From contig SLSP01000209.1 in the NCBI GenBank assembly GCA_007130345.1, positions 1-34,339 of the forward strand: a DNA stretch of 34,339 nucleotides, read 5' to 3'. The stretch's first letter is position 1; every line of letters starts with the position of its first letter. This DNA comes from Thermoflexales bacterium. Its GTDB lineage: Bacteria > Chloroflexota > Anaerolineae > B4-G1 > SLSP01. Both the position numbers and the translations under genes were made by a program. The notes beneath the pieces were generated by a model. That model saw only the letters and a list, made by a program, of their open reading frames with translations. It was not told the origin of the DNA and ran no database searches. Below are positions 32,440 through 34,339 of the stretch, in pieces.

Positions 32440-32988
32440 TCAGTAGATGGGCTTGAGCACGCCGTAATCGTCGTCCTCGCGCCGATAGATCACGCTGATC
32501 CGGCCATCGTTAGCGTCAAGGTAGATATAGAAACGATGGCCGAGCAGTTCCATTTGCTCCATAGCATCTTCTGGTAAGATAGAGCTGACTTCAAACTCCT
32601 TTACCCGCACAATGGTGGGCGGCATTTCCTCCACAGGCAGTTCCTCTAAAGGCGCCACGAGTTCGGTCGGCATGGGCGCGGGGCGGCGAGCTTTGCGGCG
32701 GCCCTTGTAGCGTTCCACGCGACGGTACATCTTATCGATCACCGAGTCGATGGCCGCGAAAATATCGCCAGCGCGTTCCTCTGCGCGCAGGATGGCCTTG
32801 GGCACGTAGATAGTGATCTGAGCGACCATCCGCTGCGAGCTATCCCGCGCGTTGCTCTCAGAGAGATCGACGCGGATGCTGTCGATGCTGGGCAGATAGC
32901 GTTCGAACTTGGCGACTTTCGACTCTACATAGTCGTGCAAGCGATCCGTCAAATCCAGGTTCCGGGTGTAAACTTGTAACATTTCCAT
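32440..32988 (-). CDS. hpf: ribosome hibernation promoting factor, long form
   Basis: The N-terminal S30AE/RaiA domain reads VYTRNLDLTDRLHDYVESK...ITIYV. A linker follows, then the C-terminal dimerisation domain (IVRVKEFEVSSILPEDAMEQMELLGHRFYIYLD). Confidence 0.9.
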   Translation of the reverse strand: MEMLQVYTRNLDLTDRLHDYVESKVAKFERYLPSIDSIRVDLSESNARDSSQRMVAQITIYVPKAILRAEERAGDIFAAIDSVIDKMYRRVERYKGRRKARRPAPMPTELVAPLEELPVEEMPPTIVRVKEFEVSSILPEDAMEQMELLGHRFYIYLDANDGRISVIYRREDDDYGVLKPIY

Positions 32989-33035
32989 AGAGGATCCTCC
33001 TTAAAGTTAGGGCTTGATGCCCTCAGATTGAATGT

Positions 33036-33752
33036 TTAGGGTGCGCGTGCCAGCGTGAAAGCGCTAACAGACTCTACACCCTGCGCTAAGAGCACGGTTG
33101 CACAGGCATCCAACGTGGCACCTGTCGTCGCTACGTCATCGACCAGAGTGACGTATTTCCCCACCAGCAGGTCGCCGGCGGTATATGTGAAGGCCGCCGC
33201 GACGTTCTTGCGGCGCTCCTGGGCATTCAGGCGCGTCTGGGATGGGGTATCGCGCACCCGCTCCAGCGCGCGCAGCATTGGAATTCCCAACTCGTGGGCC
33301 AGGCCACGGGCCAGTATCTCCGCCTGATTGTACCCGCGTTGGTCCAAGCGACGCGGATGCAGCGGGACCGGCACGAGCGCGTTGCCGTGCATCCCCAGCT
33401 CGCGCCAGGCTTGGGCCATAGGCCGGGCCAGTTGGCGCACCATTGACTTCCCGCCACGATATTTGAAGGCGTGAAGCAGGTCGCGGACGTTGCCCTGGAA
33501 CAGGTAGGCGGAGCGAATGGGCGAGACGCTCAAGGGCTTTGTCTGACATACCCGGCATGTGGGGGAGCCTTCCCAGGGGCGTCCGCAGCGCGAACAGAAG
33601 GGGCCGGTAAATAGCGGGAGCTTTTGCACGCAGCCATCGCATAGCCATGTCTCCACTCTGCCGCACATCACGCACTGTGGAGGCATGAACACATCCAACA
33701 GCCACCGATAGGCTGTCCAGGCCCCTCTTTTGAACGCTTGCATCTGTATCAT
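33036..33752 (-). CDS. comFC: ComF family protein (phosphoribosyltransferase-like, N-terminal double Cys-pair zinc finger)
   Basis: Has CVMCG...CDGC...CSRCG...CRVC zinc-finger pairs and the C-terminal PRTase motif VTLVDDVATTGATL. Confidence 0.8.
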   Translation of the reverse strand: MIQMQAFKRGAWTAYRWLLDVFMPPQCVMCGRVETWLCDGCVQKLPLFTGPFCSRCGRPWEGSPTCRVCQTKPLSVSPIRSAYLFQGNVRDLLHAFKYRGGKSMVRQLARPMAQAWRELGMHGNALVPVPLHPRRLDQRGYNQAEILARGLAHELGIPMLRALERVRDTPSQTRLNAQERRKNVAAAFTYTAGDLLVGKYVTLVDDVATTGATLDACATVLLAQGVESVSAFTLARAP

Positions 33753-33782
33753 TGGCGTGTATGGGGGATCACGTCTATACGT

Positions 33783-34339
33783 TTAGAAACCGAAGACACC
33801 CGCGTCCCGGATTTGGATAGCTGCCGGGCCGAGCAGCACGATCAGAATGGTGGGGAAAATCAAGAAGATCATCGGGAACATCATCTTGATGGGGGCTTGT
33901 TGCGCTTTTTCCTCAGCCCGCTGGCGGCGTTTGAGGCGCATTGTATCGGATTGGATGCGCATTACCTTCGCCATACTGACACCCAACTGATCGGCCTGAA
34001 TGATCGCCGCCGTGAAGGAAGTCATATCGGGAACATCCATACCGTTTGCCATGCTGCGCAAGGCTTCCCGGCGCAACTTGCCCAACTGCATCTCCTGAAC
34101 CGTCTTCATAAAGGCGCGGCTCAATTCGTTATCCCATTTTTCAGCCACTTTGGACATCGCCGCGTCAAACCCCAGGCCCGCTTCCACACAGATGGTCAGG
34201 AGATCCAGCGCGTCGGGGAGGGCTTTGGTGATCTCATCTTGTCGTGACTGGATTTGAGAGCGGAGTTGGAGGTAGGGCAGAAAGAACCCCCCGAAGAAGC
34301 CGCCCAATATATAGAGCAGCAATTCTCCGGTCTCCACAG
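33783..34339 (-). CDS. type II secretion system F family protein (TadC/TadB-like), N terminus outside the window
   Basis: Has the T2SSF domain pattern LPDALDLLTICVEAGLGFDAAM...REALRSMA and a C-terminal TM segment. The frame is open to the window edge. Confidence 0.65.
   Translation of the reverse strand, partial: VETGELLLYILGGFFGGFFLPYLQLRSQIQSRQDEITKALPDALDLLTICVEAGLGFDAAMSKVAEKWDNELSRAFMKTVQEMQLGKLRREALRSMANGMDVPDMTSFTAAIIQADQLGVSMAKVMRIQSDTMRLKRRQRAEEKAQQAPIKMMFPMIFLIFPTILIVLLGPAAIQIRDAGVFGF

Noticed and set aside
32989-33035. A possible raiA-motif RNA, because comFC is immediately followed by hpf/raiA. That is the genomic context in which this RNA is usually found.
   Set aside because: The comFC-hpf spacer is only 47 nt and consists of little more than the GGAGGA SD region. 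That is far too short for the raiA motif of roughly 200 nt.

Overview
This is a GC-rich (roughly 60%) bacterial chromosomal segment. Gene content and repeat style look Chloroflexota-like, but that is inference only. I support about 33 protein genes, mostly on the minus strand, and found no rRNA, tRNA, CRISPR array, transposase, integrase or phage genes.

Gene content, left to right:
- The 3' end of an RM/BREX-type methyltransferase, cut by the window edge.
- glgP.
- A GT2, Zn-ribbon methyltransferase and membrane-protein operon.
- An 11-gene Mbh/Mrp-type group 4 [NiFe]-hydrogenase operon (13294 -> 5989), immediately followed by a small zincin-like peptidase.
- yggS-yggT.
- A fused ADP-forming acetyl-CoA synthetase.
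- clpP and tig.
- A plus-strand methyltransferase with a SufR-like regulator.
- rho, cdsA, uppS, frr, pyrH, tsf, rpsB.
- folC and lon (plus strand).
- hpf, comFC and a partial tadC-like gene.

Most of this is ordinary housekeeping DNA. Three things deserve a second look.
1. The hydrogenase operon does not fit a textbook subgroup. It has Mbh gene order, no MrpEFG homologues, an Ech-sized large subunit with intact Ni-Fe cysteines, and a second, degenerate antiporter-like subunit.
2. The intergenic spacers carry several families of small structured repeats:
   - R1 is a hairpin element with 4 copies, all on the + strand, and G-U-only stem mismatches.
   - R2 is a 130-135 bp MITE-like element with 2 inverted copies plus solo ends, one copy nested inside an R1.
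   - R3 is a TGACGTTTGACG motif array next to the tig, frr, rpsB/folC and hydrogenase promoters.
   - A triple CACGGAT palindrome lies in the 610-bp spacer at 14893-15502, where these elements are most concentrated.
3. Poly-acidic extensions occur on ribosomal protein S2, trigger factor and Rho.

I cannot show from sequence alone that any of these is a new biological system. The repeat families and the hydrogenase variant are the best candidates. All family assignments come from motif recognition by eye, not database searches.
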